From Micrococcus luteus NCTC 2665 (GTDB lineage: Bacteria; Actinomycetota; Actinomycetes; Actinomycetales; Micrococcaceae): DNA of 32,000 bases. Below the pieces are notes generated by a model. That model was not told the origin of the DNA and searched no databases. It saw only the letters and a list, made by a program, of their open reading frames with translations. A program made the position numbers and the translations under genes. The stretch covers positions 2,250,001 through 2,282,000 of the forward strand of contig NC_012803.1 in the NCBI RefSeq assembly GCF_000023205.1, written 5' to 3'. Shown here piece after piece: positions 14,359 through 22,085 of the stretch. Positions within the stretch are counted from its first letter, which is position 1. Each line of letters opens with the position of its first letter.

Positions 14359-15240
14359 ATGCATAGTCTCCCCTCACGCACTGCACGACGACCGGTCGGG
14401 CCGGCGTCCGGGAGCACGGGCTCCCCCGACCGACGGAGGTCCGCCTTGACCCCCTCACCCCCTTCCCTCCGCTCCGCCCGCCATGCCCTCCCGGCCACGA
14501 CGGCGGCCCTGACCCTGGCCCTAACGCTCGCCGGCTGCTCCGGCGGCGGGGGCCCAGCGACGGCGTCCGGCACCACACCCTCCCCTGCGGCGTCCTCCGA
14601 CACGACGCCGTCCCCGTCGAGCACGTCCGAGACCACCACGCCGTCCGCGGGCGGGCCAGCCTCCGGCACCACGGCGCCGAGCACTCCGGCGCCGGCCTCC
14701 GGGAGCGCCACGCAGGGTTCGGGCGGCGGCTCCACCGCCGGTGCCGGGTTCGTGCCCGAGGGCGCCGATCCCGCCAGGAACGGGGCTCTGCCGTTGAGCG
14801 AGGGCTTCCTCGCCGCCCTCCCGGAGGCCGCCGTCACGCACCGGGCGGGCAGTCCGACGGAGGACCCCCTGGCCCGGGCCCTGGAGGGCGTCGAGCTGCC
14901 CGGCACGCCCACGACGGACGTCAACGTGATCGCCTCCGAGCTGCAGGGCCTCCAGACCCCCGGGGAGGGGGGCGCGGCGATGGGCGGCGAACGCCCCGAG
15001 GGCACCCTGCGCCTGATGCTGCTGTGCGACGACCCGGACGCCGGCCCGTCCTCGGTGGGCATCCTCGGGGCGGACGGCTTCGCCGCCTACCAACCCCTGG
15101 GGTGGTCGGACCGCTGCGGCGGATACGTCGTCATGGTGCCGGAGTCGGACGCGGAGGACCTGGTGGTGAGCGCCGAGGCCCCCGAGGGCACCCGGTACCG
15201 CCTGAGCGTGATCACGGACCACGATCCGGTGGCCGACTGA
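14359..15240 (+). CDS. Putative secreted lipoprotein with a Ser/Thr/Pro/Gly-rich linker
   Basis: The lipobox is LTLAGCSGG. It is followed by a low-complexity S/T/P/G tract and a roughly 170-aa C-terminal domain of unknown family. The true start may be an internal TTG/GTG nearer the signal peptide. Confidence 0.55.
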   Translation: MHSLPSRTARRPVGPASGSTGSPDRRRSALTPSPPSLRSARHALPATTAALTLALTLAGCSGGGGPATASGTTPSPAASSDTTPSPSSTSETTTPSAGGPASGTTAPSTPAPASGSATQGSGGGSTAGAGFVPEGADPARNGALPLSEGFLAALPEAAVTHRAGSPTEDPLARALEGVELPGTPTTDVNVIASELQGLQTPGEGGAAMGGERPEGTLRLMLLCDDPDAGPSSVGILGADGFAAYQPLGWSDRCGGYVVMVPESDAEDLVVSAEAPEGTRYRLSVITDHDPVAD

Positions 15241-15321
15241 CCCCACCATCCCCGGGGCATCCTCTCCGGCAGGCCCTCCTGGATCCGGCAGGCCCTCCCG
15301 GAGCGGGGCCTGCGGACAGGC

Positions 15322-15356
15322 GGGCGGGGCCGCGTCCCCACGACGCGACCCCGCCC
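15322..15356. terminator. GC-rich hairpin between convergent genes (candidate bidirectional terminator)
   Basis: GGGCGGGGCCGCGTC-CCCAC-GACGCGACCCCGCCC forms a 15-bp stem with one mismatch. It has no U-tract, as is common for actinobacterial terminators. Confidence 0.45.
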
Positions 15357-15478
15357 TCCTCCATCCACGGGCCGGCGGCAGGTGCCGGCCCTGGCCGTCA
15401 GCGTCCCCACGACGCCCCCGGCCGCCGACCGGGCACCCCTCCCCACGAAGGGCGCCCGGCCGGAGTCTCGTCACACGA

Positions 15479-16960
15479 TCAATGGTCGTGCCCCTCGTGG
15501 CCCTCCGAGGGCTCGGCGCCGTGGTCGTGGCCCTCGTGGCCGTCGTCGTCGTGGTCCTCGTCACCGTGCGCGCCCTCCTCGGGCTTCACGGACTCGGGCT
15601 CGCCGGTGACCACGGCCATCTCGACGGGCGCGAAGTCCAGCTCCTTCTCGAGGACCTTCTCACCGGTCTCCAGGTCCACGGCCACGAGCCTCCGGTTCTC
15701 CGCGTCCGTCACGTAGGCGGTGTTCCCGGCGACCTTCAGGATCGGACCGGGCTCCTGCCACTCGTCCTTCTCCTTCCAGGGCTGGATCACGGGGTGCTCG
15801 GCGGTGACCTCACCGGTCTCCTCGTCGATCACGGTGACCTCGCCGTCGTAGGTCAGCACGACCGCGGAGCCGTCCTCAGCGCGGCCGAGCGAGCGGAACC
15901 AGTAGGACGAGCCGAGGTCCACGGTGGTGAGCTCATCGGTGCGGGTGTCGATGAGGGCGATCCCCGTGGGCCGCTCGACGGCCTCCGTCGGCTCCTCCTC
16001 GACCTTGTGATCCCCCAGGACGATGGGCGAGTCATGCAGCCCGAACAGGTTCCCGGAGCGCTGGTACTCGGTCTCGACGTCCACCTTGTGGAACTCGCCG
16101 TCCCGGTACACGACGGGCCCGTTCTCGCAGCCCATCACGACGACGTCGCCCGCCTCCGTCGGCTGGGCCGCGGCCTCGCCGTGACTGCCGGGGCAGTCGT
16201 CGGTCTCGGCCGTGACCTCGCCGGTCTTCGGGTCGATCACCTGGAGCGTGTTCCGGGAGTCCTCGGTGCCCTCCGTGGTGAAGAGGGTGCCGTCGGAGAG
16301 CTCGAGCGCCACGCCGTGGTGCGGGTCCGCGGTCTCGGACTCCGTCATGACGGGCATGAGGTCCGGGGTCGCCTTGTCCAGGTGGGTCGAGTCGAAGGTG
16401 CGGATCACGCCCGTGCCGTCCGCGAAGAGGGTGGTCCTGCCGTTGTGGGTGACGACGTGGCCGGGATGCTCACCCGGGAACGTCACGCCGGTCATGCCGG
16501 GCGCGGACTCGTAGTTGTGGACGTGATCGCCGTGGGCCTTGGCCTGGATGCCGGTGGAGAACACCTCCCAGCCGTTCCCGGTGGTCACCAGGACGTCCTT
16601 GCCGTTGCCGGCGTTGCTCAGCCGCGTGAAGCCCGTGACGTCCTGCTCCTTCACCACCTCACCGGACTCGGCGTCGAGCAGCGTGAGCCCGTCCTCGTGC
16701 GAGAGCAGGATGCGCGGCGTCACCGAGGAGACCTCGGTGGTCTGGGTCGGGTCGACGCGGTCCTCCTCGGAGACGGAGGAGGCCGCCGTCGCCTCACCCG
16801 CCGGCGACTCGGAGCCGCCCGAGGCGGAGGCGGGTGCCGACGTCGGGCCGGACGGGGCGGCGTCCCCGCCGCACGCCGTCAGGGCGATGGCCGCGGCGGC
16901 GAGGGTGGCGGAGAAGGTGGCGGCGCGCGCGGCACGGCGCTGCGGGGCGGAGTGGGACAC
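15479..16960 (-). CDS. AztD-like beta-propeller metallochaperone lipoprotein with a His/Asp/Glu-rich C-terminal tail
   Basis: The GTG at 16960 is preceded by GAAAGG, inside track ORF 15479-17125. The signal peptide and lipobox read AIALTACGG. Repeated strand-turn motifs, HGDHVHNY and GEHPGHVVTHNG resemble zinc chaperone AztD proteins, which have been described in Paracoccus and in the actinobacterium Citricoccus. The tail is HGDEDHDDDGHEGHDHGAEPSEGHEGHDH. The family assignment is from memory, not a search. Confidence 0.5.
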   Translation of the reverse strand: MSHSAPQRRAARAATFSATLAAAAIALTACGGDAAPSGPTSAPASASGGSESPAGEATAASSVSEEDRVDPTQTTEVSSVTPRILLSHEDGLTLLDAESGEVVKEQDVTGFTRLSNAGNGKDVLVTTGNGWEVFSTGIQAKAHGDHVHNYESAPGMTGVTFPGEHPGHVVTHNGRTTLFADGTGVIRTFDSTHLDKATPDLMPVMTESETADPHHGVALELSDGTLFTTEGTEDSRNTLQVIDPKTGEVTAETDDCPGSHGEAAAQPTEAGDVVVMGCENGPVVYRDGEFHKVDVETEYQRSGNLFGLHDSPIVLGDHKVEEEPTEAVERPTGIALIDTRTDELTTVDLGSSYWFRSLGRAEDGSAVVLTYDGEVTVIDEETGEVTAEHPVIQPWKEKDEWQEPGPILKVAGNTAYVTDAENRRLVAVDLETGEKVLEKELDFAPVEMAVVTGEPESVKPEEGAHGDEDHDDDGHEGHDHGAEPSEGHEGHDH

Positions 16961-16980
16961 GGGGAGCCTTTCACGAGGGC

Positions 16981-17040
16981 GAGAAGATGCGACTGATTCC
17001 CAATAACGATTGATGCGGATGCTTCGCAATATGATGACGG
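16981..17040 (-). promoter_or_regulatory. AT-rich island upstream of the AztD-like gene (candidate promoter/operator)
   Basis: GAGAAGATGCGACTGATTCCCAATAACGATTGATGCGGATGCTTCGCAATATGATGACGG has only 28 G+C in 60 nt, against a far more GC-rich background. On the gene strand it contains TTGCGA and TTATTG hexamers 17 nt apart. Confidence 0.4.
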
Positions 17041-17176
17041 CGGGTGCCGCCCCGTCGCGGGAACCGGCACGTGACGCCCTCGACGCGGCGACCGGGCCGT
17101 CAACGGCACGCCGCTCGAGCGCCACTACCGGCTGGGCGGCTGAGGCGCCGGCCGGTGCGGCGCGCGGCGGGGCCCG

Positions 17177-18361
17177 TCAGGCCAGGCCGCGCGCCGCGTG
17201 CCAGGCGGCGATCCGCTCGAGCGCCTCGTGGACGGCTTCCGGGCCGGCTGCGAAGGAGAGGCGGACGAACTCGGGCCCGTGGACGGCGTCGAAGTCGTCG
17301 CCGGGGGTCAGCGCGACGCCGGCCTCCTCCAGCAGGGCGGCGCAGTAGCCGACGGCGCTGCCGAACTCCGCCAGCATGCCCGGGGCGAGGCGGGCCCACA
17401 GGTAGAAGGCGCCGTCGGCGGGGGCGGCGTCGGCCCAGCCGAGCCGGGGCAGGGCGGCCAGCACGACGCCGCGCGTCGCCGTGAAGCCGCCGGCCTGCTC
17501 CTCGCAGAACGCGTAGGCGTCCTCGCCGAATGCCTCGACCGCCGCGCGCTGCGCCGCCGCGGGCGGGCACAGGGCCACGGAGCCGGCGAGCCCGTCGATC
17601 GCGCCGGCGAGGTCCTCCGGCATGAGCATCCAGCCCAGCCGCCAGCCGGGCATGCCCCAGTACTTGGAGAACGAGCTGACCACGAGCGCGGTGCGGGAGG
17701 TGCGCCATGCGCAGGCGCCGGGCCCCTGCCCGTCCGTGTGCACGATGCCGTGGTAGATCTCGTCCGAGACGAGCCGCACACCGCGTTCCTCGCACCAGCG
17801 GGCGAGCTCGGCGAGCTCGTCGGCGCTGACCATCGTGCCCGTGGGATTGGCCGGGGAGGCGAGCACGAGCCCCGCGACCGGGCCCTCCGCGAGCGCCGCC
17901 TCCAGGTGGGCGACCGTGGGCTGGTAGCGGGTGCCGGCGTCGACGTCCACGTCCACCACCTCCACCCCGAGCGCCGTGAGGATGTTGCGGTACGCGGGGT
18001 AACCGGGGCGCGACAGGAGCACGCGTTCCCCCGGGGAGAACGCCGCGAGGAAGCCGAGCATGAACGCCCCCGAGGAGCCGGTGGTGATCGCGACCTGCTC
18101 GGGGCGCACGTCGAGCCCGTACCAGCGGCGGTAGTGGCCGGCGACGGCGGGCGGGGCGCCCCCGCCCGGCTCCCCCGCGCACAGGCTGACGACGTCGTGG
18201 CCGGCAGCACGCAGTGCGGCGACCCGGCCAAGGATGCTCATCACCGTGAACGGCGGCACCTGCGACCGGGCGGACGGCACGAAGGTGGGGGTGGTGGGGG
18301 CAGGGGCTGGGGCGGCGGTGCTGGCGGGGGCGGCGGTGCTGGAACGGGGCGGGCGACGCAT
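17177..18361 (-). CDS. Pyridoxal-phosphate-dependent aminotransferase, class I/II (aspartate/aromatic type)
   Basis: 394-aa ORF. The PLP-lysine motif is SFSKYWGMPGWRLGW. ASPANPTG and the overall layout are typical of the class. The Ala/Pro/Thr-rich N-terminal 35 aa may be an over-extension. Confidence 0.85.
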   Translation of the reverse strand: MRRPPRSSTAAPASTAAPAPAPTTPTFVPSARSQVPPFTVMSILGRVAALRAAGHDVVSLCAGEPGGGAPPAVAGHYRRWYGLDVRPEQVAITTGSSGAFMLGFLAAFSPGERVLLSRPGYPAYRNILTALGVEVVDVDVDAGTRYQPTVAHLEAALAEGPVAGLVLASPANPTGTMVSADELAELARWCEERGVRLVSDEIYHGIVHTDGQGPGACAWRTSRTALVVSSFSKYWGMPGWRLGWMLMPEDLAGAIDGLAGSVALCPPAAAQRAAVEAFGEDAYAFCEEQAGGFTATRGVVLAALPRLGWADAAPADGAFYLWARLAPGMLAEFGSAVGYCAALLEEAGVALTPGDDFDAVHGPEFVRLSFAAGPEAVHEALERIAAWHAARGLA

Positions 18362-18381
18362 GGCCCGAGGCTACCCCCCGC

Positions 18382-18497
18382 TTTCGTTCGGGAAACGGCG
18401 CCCCGGGGACCACTTTCGTTGACGAAACGGGCGGGAGGGCCGCCGTTTCCCGAACGAAAACGTCTCGACACGCCGCCGTTTCCCGAACGAAAACGTC
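18382..18497. promoter_or_regulatory. Array of four phased TTTC-N6-GAAA palindromes arranged as a large dyad
   Basis: The cores lie at 18382-18395, 18414-18427, 18446-18459 and 18479-18492, with centre spacings of 32, 32 and 33 bp. There are two identical 24-bp direct repeats (18441-18464 and 18474-18497). An exact 19-nt inverted copy (TTTCGTTCGGGAAACGGCG) lies at 18382-18400. Confidence 0.7.
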
Positions 18498-18517
18498 CGG
18501 CCCGCCTCGCGCGGCCC

Positions 18518-21500
18518 TCACTCCTCGGCGCCGAGCATCTCCCGGATGTCCTCGGCGGTGAGGGAGTCGGTGAAGGCGCCGGCGCCGGAGTCGTCGGACT
18601 CGTCCATGAGCGCGCCGAACAGCTCGGCCTTGCGCCACTGCAGCTCGAGCACCTTCTCCTCGATCGTCCCCTCGGACACGAGCCGGTAGACCATCACGGT
18701 CCGCTCCTGCCCGATCCGGTGCGCCCGGTCCACGGCCTGCGCCTCCGCGGCGGGGTTCCACCAGGGATCCATGAGGAACACGTAGTCCGCCTCGGTGAGG
18801 GTCAGGCCGAAGCCGCCCGCCTTCAGGGAGATCAGGAACACCGGCGCCTCGCCCTCGCGGAAGCCGCGGATCACGTCGGCGCGCCCGCGCGTGGAGCCGT
18901 CGAGGTACGCGTGCTCGATCTCCAGGTGGTCCAGCTCCTCGGCGATCACCCGCAGGAAGCTCGTGAACTGGCTGAACACGATCACGCGGTGCCCCTCGCC
19001 GATCACCTCGGTGAGGTCGTCGAGGAACCGCTCGAGCTTCGAGCTGGGCACGGAGGCGTACTGGTCGTCGACGATCTGCGGCGCCAGCGCGAGCATCCGC
19101 AGCAGCGTGAGCGACTTGAAGATGGTGAACCGGTTGCCGTCCATGTCCCCGAGCAGGCCCAACACCTTGCGGCGCTCGCGCTGGAGCACGCGGTCGTAGA
19201 GCTTGCGGTGGGCCGGCTCGAGCTCCACCTGGAGGATCTGCTCCTGCTTGGACGGCAGGTCCTTCGCCACGAGCTCCTTGGAGCGGCGCAGCATGAACGG
19301 GCGCACGCGGCGGCGCAGGGCCGCCATCCGCTCAGGGTCCCCCCCGGTCTCGATGGGGGTCACGTAGGTCTCGCGGAACCGGCGGTGGCTCGGGAACAGG
19401 CCCGGCACGACGACGCCCAGCAGCGCCCACAGGTCGCTGAGGGAGTTCTCCATCGGCGTGCCGGTGATGGCCAGCCGGAAGGGGGCGCGCAGGTCGCGGG
19501 CCACCGTGTGCACCTTCGCGGCGCGGTTCTTCAGGAACTGCGCCTCGTCGAAGACCACCCCGCCCCAGTCCAGTCCGCCGTACTGGCCGGCGTCGATCCT
19601 CAGGAGCGTGTAGCTGGTGACCACCACGTCCGCCCCCGCCACCTCGTCCGCCACGGCGGTGCCGCGCTTGCGGCTGGTGGTGTCCAGGACGCGCACGTCG
19701 AGGTCCGGGGTGAACTTCTCGGCCTCGGCCGCCCACACGGACACCACGGAGCTCGGCGCGACCACGAGGAACGGCGGCCGCTCGGGCCGGGCCTGGCGTG
19801 CGTGGGCGAAGAGCGCGAGGGTCTGGACGGTCTTGCCCAGGCCCATGTCGTCGGCCAGGATCCCGCCGAGGTCCTGCTCCCACAGGAACGCGAGCCAGCG
19901 CAGGCCCTCCTCCTGGTAGGGGCGCAGGTCGGCCTTCAGGCCGGCGGGGCGCGGGGCCTCGGGGAGGCGCTCGACGGCGGCCAGACGCCCGACGGCGGCG
20001 GTCCACTCCGGGTCCTCGTCCACCTCGTCCGCGAGCTCCTTGAGGTCCTCCCAGAAGCCGACCTGGTGCCGTGAGACGGGGGTGTGCTCCGGGGTCCACT
20101 CCTGCAGGGTGGCGGCCTCGGAGAGCAGGGCGCGCAGCCGGTCGAAGGCGGGGTGGTCGAGGCCCAGGTAGGAGCCGTCCGCGAGGATCAGCGTGGTCCT
20201 GCCCTGCACGAGCGCGGTGAAGAGCTCCACGAACGGCAGCACGTGCCCGTCCACGGAGACCTGCACGCCGAGGTCGAACCAGTCGTTCTGCGTGGCCTTC
20301 GTGCCGACCTCGATGCGCGGGGCGGCCTTCAGCTCGCGGTAGTCGGGGCGGTCGCCGGTGACGTCCACGCGCACGTGGTCCGCGCGCTGCAGCAGCGGCA
20401 GCACCTGCTCGGAGAACCGGGCGGCGCCCACGCCCTCGAGGACCTGCTCCTCCGCACGGCCGGCGCGCGGCCAGAGCTCGGCCACGGCGCGCAGCACCGC
20501 GTCCTCGTGCCGGGTGTCCCGCAGGGGGTCGCCGCCGGCGTCGAGGCCGAGTTCGCGGGGCGGGTCGAAGTAGAGCCAGGACCAGCGCAGCACGAGCTCG
20601 TGGCCGGGTCGGAAGTCGGCGCGCAGCCGCAGCACGGGCGGCTCGAACTCGGGCAGCTCCACGGAGGCGTCGCCGCTGGTCACGGGCAGGGCGCCACGCA
20701 GCCGCGGGTAGATCCGGCCGAGGAACTCCTCGCGGTCCGCGGCGGGCACGCGCACGGGCTCGCCGGCGAGCACGAGCTGCTGCACGGCCTCGGGGACGGG
20801 GCGTGCGGCGGGGATCAGGTGGAGCACGGCCTCCTCGTCCGTGAGCTCCACGCGGTAGAAGCCGATGCCTCCCACGGCGTGCACACCGCTCAGCCCGGGG
20901 CCGGGCGGGGCCGGGTCCAGGGACGGGGCCACGTCCAGACCGCCGTCGGGGGCGCGGGTGACGTCCAGCCCGACGGCGACGGGCGCCTCCAGCACCACGT
21001 CCGTCAGCAGCCCCAGCGGCACGAGCTCCACCCCGACCTCGCGGGCCTCCGCGAGCAGCTGCCAGATCCGCGGGGAGTCGAAGACGTGCAGACCGAACCA
21101 GGCGTCGCCCGGGTAGGAGTCCTCGGCCTGGACCTGACGCCAGATCAGGCGCATCGCCCGCTCCTGGGCGGGGGCGAACTCGGCGCGCGGGAACTGGAAC
21201 GCCTTCCACGTCAGCCCGCCCTTGATCCACGTCCCCTTGGCCCCGCGCTTGAGCGGGCGCACGGTCACGTACAGCGGGCGGCCCTCGCGCACCTGCTCCT
21301 CCCCGGCGGTCGCCGGGCCCCACTGCTGGAACGCGTTGCGGGAGGACTCGGCCACGAGCTCCACGCCGATCGCCAGCGCGGGCGGCGTGCCCACCCGGCG
21401 CGGGCCGTGGAGTCCGGCCAGCGGCTCCATGACCCGTCGCCAGTCCAGGCCGGCAGGGGGTGGGGGTGCCGCCCCGTCCGCGGCCGGGGCGTCGATGCCG

Positions 21501-21949
21501 GCCGGGCCGCCGTCGTCGTGGCCCCGTCCGGCGGGCGCGGGCAGCGCGTCCGCCGTGGTGACCATCTCGGCGAGCTTGCGGCGGGCGTCGTCGAGGGCCT
21601 GGTCGGCGTCGAGGCGGACCACCTGGTAGAGCGCGGCGGCCACGTGCTTGCAGTCCGTCCCGACCGGGCACGTGCAGCGCCCGCCCACCGGCTCCATGAG
21701 GGCGCCGGCGCCGTCCTCGGCGGCGTCGTCGTAGGCCTCCTGCAGCTGCACCTGCACCCGGTAGGGGCTGGGCGCGGTGCCCTGGACGGAGGCGCTCAGA
21801 CGGCCGGTGGCGGCGTCGTAGCGCAGGCGCCCCACGGCGCCCGACGCGGCCACGGCGAAGCCGCGGTCCGCGCTGGTGGGCCCGACGACGGCGCGGATGG
21901 CCTCGGTGCGCAGGTGCGGCAGGACGTCTCCGGAATCTGCAGTGGCCAT
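18518..21949 (-). CDS. SNF2/RAD54-family helicase with an N-terminal SWIM zinc finger
   Basis: ATG at 21949 (MATADSGD...) inside track ORF 18518-22039, giving 1143 aa. The SWIM motif is CTCPVGTDCKHVAAAL. The SNF2 motifs are ILADDMGLGKTVQT, FDEAQFLKN and ITGTPMEN. The helicase-C region reads LISLKAGGFGLTLTEADYVFLMDPWWNPAAEAQAVDRAHRIGQ. Confidence 0.9.
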   Translation of the reverse strand: MATADSGDVLPHLRTEAIRAVVGPTSADRGFAVAASGAVGRLRYDAATGRLSASVQGTAPSPYRVQVQLQEAYDDAAEDGAGALMEPVGGRCTCPVGTDCKHVAAALYQVVRLDADQALDDARRKLAEMVTTADALPAPAGRGHDDGGPAGIDAPAADGAAPPPPAGLDWRRVMEPLAGLHGPRRVGTPPALAIGVELVAESSRNAFQQWGPATAGEEQVREGRPLYVTVRPLKRGAKGTWIKGGLTWKAFQFPRAEFAPAQERAMRLIWRQVQAEDSYPGDAWFGLHVFDSPRIWQLLAEAREVGVELVPLGLLTDVVLEAPVAVGLDVTRAPDGGLDVAPSLDPAPPGPGLSGVHAVGGIGFYRVELTDEEAVLHLIPAARPVPEAVQQLVLAGEPVRVPAADREEFLGRIYPRLRGALPVTSGDASVELPEFEPPVLRLRADFRPGHELVLRWSWLYFDPPRELGLDAGGDPLRDTRHEDAVLRAVAELWPRAGRAEEQVLEGVGAARFSEQVLPLLQRADHVRVDVTGDRPDYRELKAAPRIEVGTKATQNDWFDLGVQVSVDGHVLPFVELFTALVQGRTTLILADGSYLGLDHPAFDRLRALLSEAATLQEWTPEHTPVSRHQVGFWEDLKELADEVDEDPEWTAAVGRLAAVERLPEAPRPAGLKADLRPYQEEGLRWLAFLWEQDLGGILADDMGLGKTVQTLALFAHARQARPERPPFLVVAPSSVVSVWAAEAEKFTPDLDVRVLDTTSRKRGTAVADEVAGADVVVTSYTLLRIDAGQYGGLDWGGVVFDEAQFLKNRAAKVHTVARDLRAPFRLAITGTPMENSLSDLWALLGVVVPGLFPSHRRFRETYVTPIETGGDPERMAALRRRVRPFMLRRSKELVAKDLPSKQEQILQVELEPAHRKLYDRVLQRERRKVLGLLGDMDGNRFTIFKSLTLLRMLALAPQIVDDQYASVPSSKLERFLDDLTEVIGEGHRVIVFSQFTSFLRVIAEELDHLEIEHAYLDGSTRGRADVIRGFREGEAPVFLISLKAGGFGLTLTEADYVFLMDPWWNPAAEAQAVDRAHRIGQERTVMVYRLVSEGTIEEKVLELQWRKAELFGALMDESDDSGAGAFTDSLTAEDIREMLGAEE

Positions 21950-22073
21950 AGCGAGCAGTCTTTCACGGACCGTGCCGGACCCGCTCCGGCCTGCGCCAAC
22001 CCGGGGGGGCGTGCCGACCCCCGGGCCCCGGCTCCGCACACCCGAGACCTTCAGGCCGGCCCGCCCCGGACCC

Positions 22074-22079
22074 TAGAGT
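22074..22079 (+). promoter_or_regulatory. Candidate -10 hexamer TAGAGT placed for a leaderless transcript of the SDR-DUF2867 gene
   Basis: TAGAGT ends 6 nt before the ATG at 22086, and there is no Shine-Dalgarno sequence between them. Confidence 0.35.
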
Positions 22080-22085
22080 GCGCCC

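Noticed and set aside
16981-17040. A specific Zur box upstream of the AztD-like gene
   Set aside because: The region is clearly AT-rich, but I could not find a convincing inverted repeat matching remembered Zur/Fur consensus sequences. I therefore report only a generic promoter/operator candidate.
18241-18361. Tandem GGCGGCGGTGCTGG repeat encoding a repeated STAAPA tract at the aminotransferase N-terminus
   Set aside because: This is a simple low-complexity duplication inside a probably over-extended N-terminus. There is no evidence of function.
18441-18497. Possible miniature CRISPR array (two identical 24-bp direct repeats)
   Set aside because: There are only two direct copies, separated by 9 bp. 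Inverted copies lie next to them, and no cas genes or leader are present. The phased palindrome array reported as a finding explains the structure better.
17198-20074. 958-aa plus-strand ORF
   Set aside because: It is antisense to the aminotransferase and the SNF2 helicase, both of which have strong motif support. The sequence is low-complexity and rich in Arg/Gly/Ala/Glu.
19332-21671. 779-aa minus-strand ORF in an alternative frame of the helicase gene
   Set aside because: It is on the same strand as the SNF2 gene but in a frame that gives only Arg/Pro/Gly-rich sequence. The SWIM and SNF2 motifs define the true frame.
18518-21949. SNF2 helicase as the core of a phage-defence system (DISARM/BREX-like)
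   Set aside because: No methyltransferase, phospholipase-D, DUF1998 or other partner genes are adjacent. The SWIM+SNF2 fusion of this size looks like the widely conserved actinobacterial housekeeping-type helicase. Its neighbours are metabolic genes.
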